A program made the position numbers and the translations under genes. This document shows, in pieces, positions 62,998 to 64,000 of a stretch of DNA of 64,000 bases (position 1 is its first letter; every line of letters begins with the position of its first letter). The notes beneath the pieces are model-generated. The model did not search any database. It was given only the letters and a program-made list of their open reading frames with translations, and was not told where the DNA came from. Origin of the DNA: Tubulanus polymorphus (taxonomy: Eukaryota > Animalia > Nemertea); assembly GCF_964204645.1 (NCBI RefSeq), contig NC_134029.1, forward strand, positions 19,834,950 to 19,898,949, given 5' to 3'.

Positions 62998-63154
62998 TTG
63001 TAGACAGAATTCCACGATTCTCCTCCACACATTGTGTTCATTTTCCTGCGCAAGCCACAGTGCATTTAGTTTCATCGCGACTTGAGCTGTCAAAATGGCT
63101 GGAACTACAGAAACAGTCCAGACCATTATGAAGTTCAGCATATCCCGGGGAAAA
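62998..63154 (-). pseudogene. Frameshifted WSC-domain fragment
   Basis: GYAELHNGLDCFCSSS...ETKCTVACAG then, after a 1-nt shift at 63041-63044, MNTMCGGESWNSVY, matching the WSC pattern YAG...G.ECFC...C...C.G....CGG.....VY. Confidence 0.65.
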
Positions 63155-64000
63155 CTGATGTAATGTCTCGGAAAAATTAACATCCATCACGAAATGAAAA
63201 TACCGACTCAATTCATACAACTTTACTTAAACTGAAATTTGCTTGGAAATGGGCCGATTCTGTTCATAAATTCCTGGGAGCAGTTGACACAATTTATTAG
63301 CCATTAAGTAGGGAATAAGGACAAATATAACTCGAAGATCTAGAATAGACCTTACAATCTAAGCCACTTCCAGAAATAAACTGGATTTCTCCTTAATCGT
63401 GTGTTCAAATTTAGAATCGAATACAAAAGACCGTTCTTAAAGCATACATATATACCAGTTAAAATTTTTAATTTTATACGTTCCAAAAATAAATCTATTC
63501 CTGGTTTTGAAAAAAAATAGACATGCTAGAAATAAAACAATAGACGCATTCCAACGAACGGCATTGAAGTCTTATTAAAGTAGAAGGTAGGCGATCGTTA
63601 GGAAGCAGTCGTTCGGAGTTCTGGCTTTGAGAACTTGTTTCGCAGTAAAATCTGGATTGATTCTTACATTACACCTGTAAATTAGTCGTGAAAAACATGA
63701 AGTGTGTGCGTCGTAATCAACAGGATTGATAGTCTAATCAGCAACTGGCAGTAGTTCTCAATCAGGCCAATTACCAATATCACTCAGGCTCATTTACTAA
63801 GTCTCTGATTGGTCGTGCGCAAGATTTGGCGTCCCAAATTACTAACACCAGACAAAGAAATATTCTTTATAAAAGAAAATGGAAATTTGTTATCCACTTT
63901 ACTTTTCGTGCACTGGTAGAAGGATGTCGAGCAGCAACAAGGGTCCGTTCTTGAAACGCTGGAGTACTTTTGGTTGTTTGGCAGCTGTATTATTTAGCGC

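Noticed and set aside
1-64000. CRISPR array, prokaryotic operon or horizontally acquired island
   Set aside because: No repeat-spacer array; recognised genes are spliceosomal-intron-containing or animal-type GPCRs.

Overview
AT-rich, intron-containing eukaryotic (metazoan) DNA; the gene content and compact introns suggest a marine invertebrate (inference, not a taxonomic ID). I rebuilt splice-phase-consistent gene models by hand. Left to right: a cyclic-nucleotide-binding-domain (CNBD2-like) gene running off the left edge; NEIL1; an orphan gene head-to-head with NEIL1; two tandem intronless class A GPCRs; a secreted LamG/ConA-like lectin gene; a possible micro-exon gene; a nicotinic acetylcholine receptor alpha subunit; a 10-exon ~599-aa secreted protein of unknown function; threonyl-tRNA synthetase (19 exons); three small orphan or membrane-protein genes; and a second tandem GPCR pair whose second copy has an early nonsense codon. 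Introns and spacers hold many MITEs (several nested), LINE remnants and two microsatellites. Top observation: the ThrRS 5' end appears to switch between a cytosolic N-terminus (non-canonical GC donor) and a mitochondrial-presequence N-terminus (downstream ATG plus GT donor). No CRISPR array, rRNA or complete tRNA was seen. All models come from reading the sequence only.
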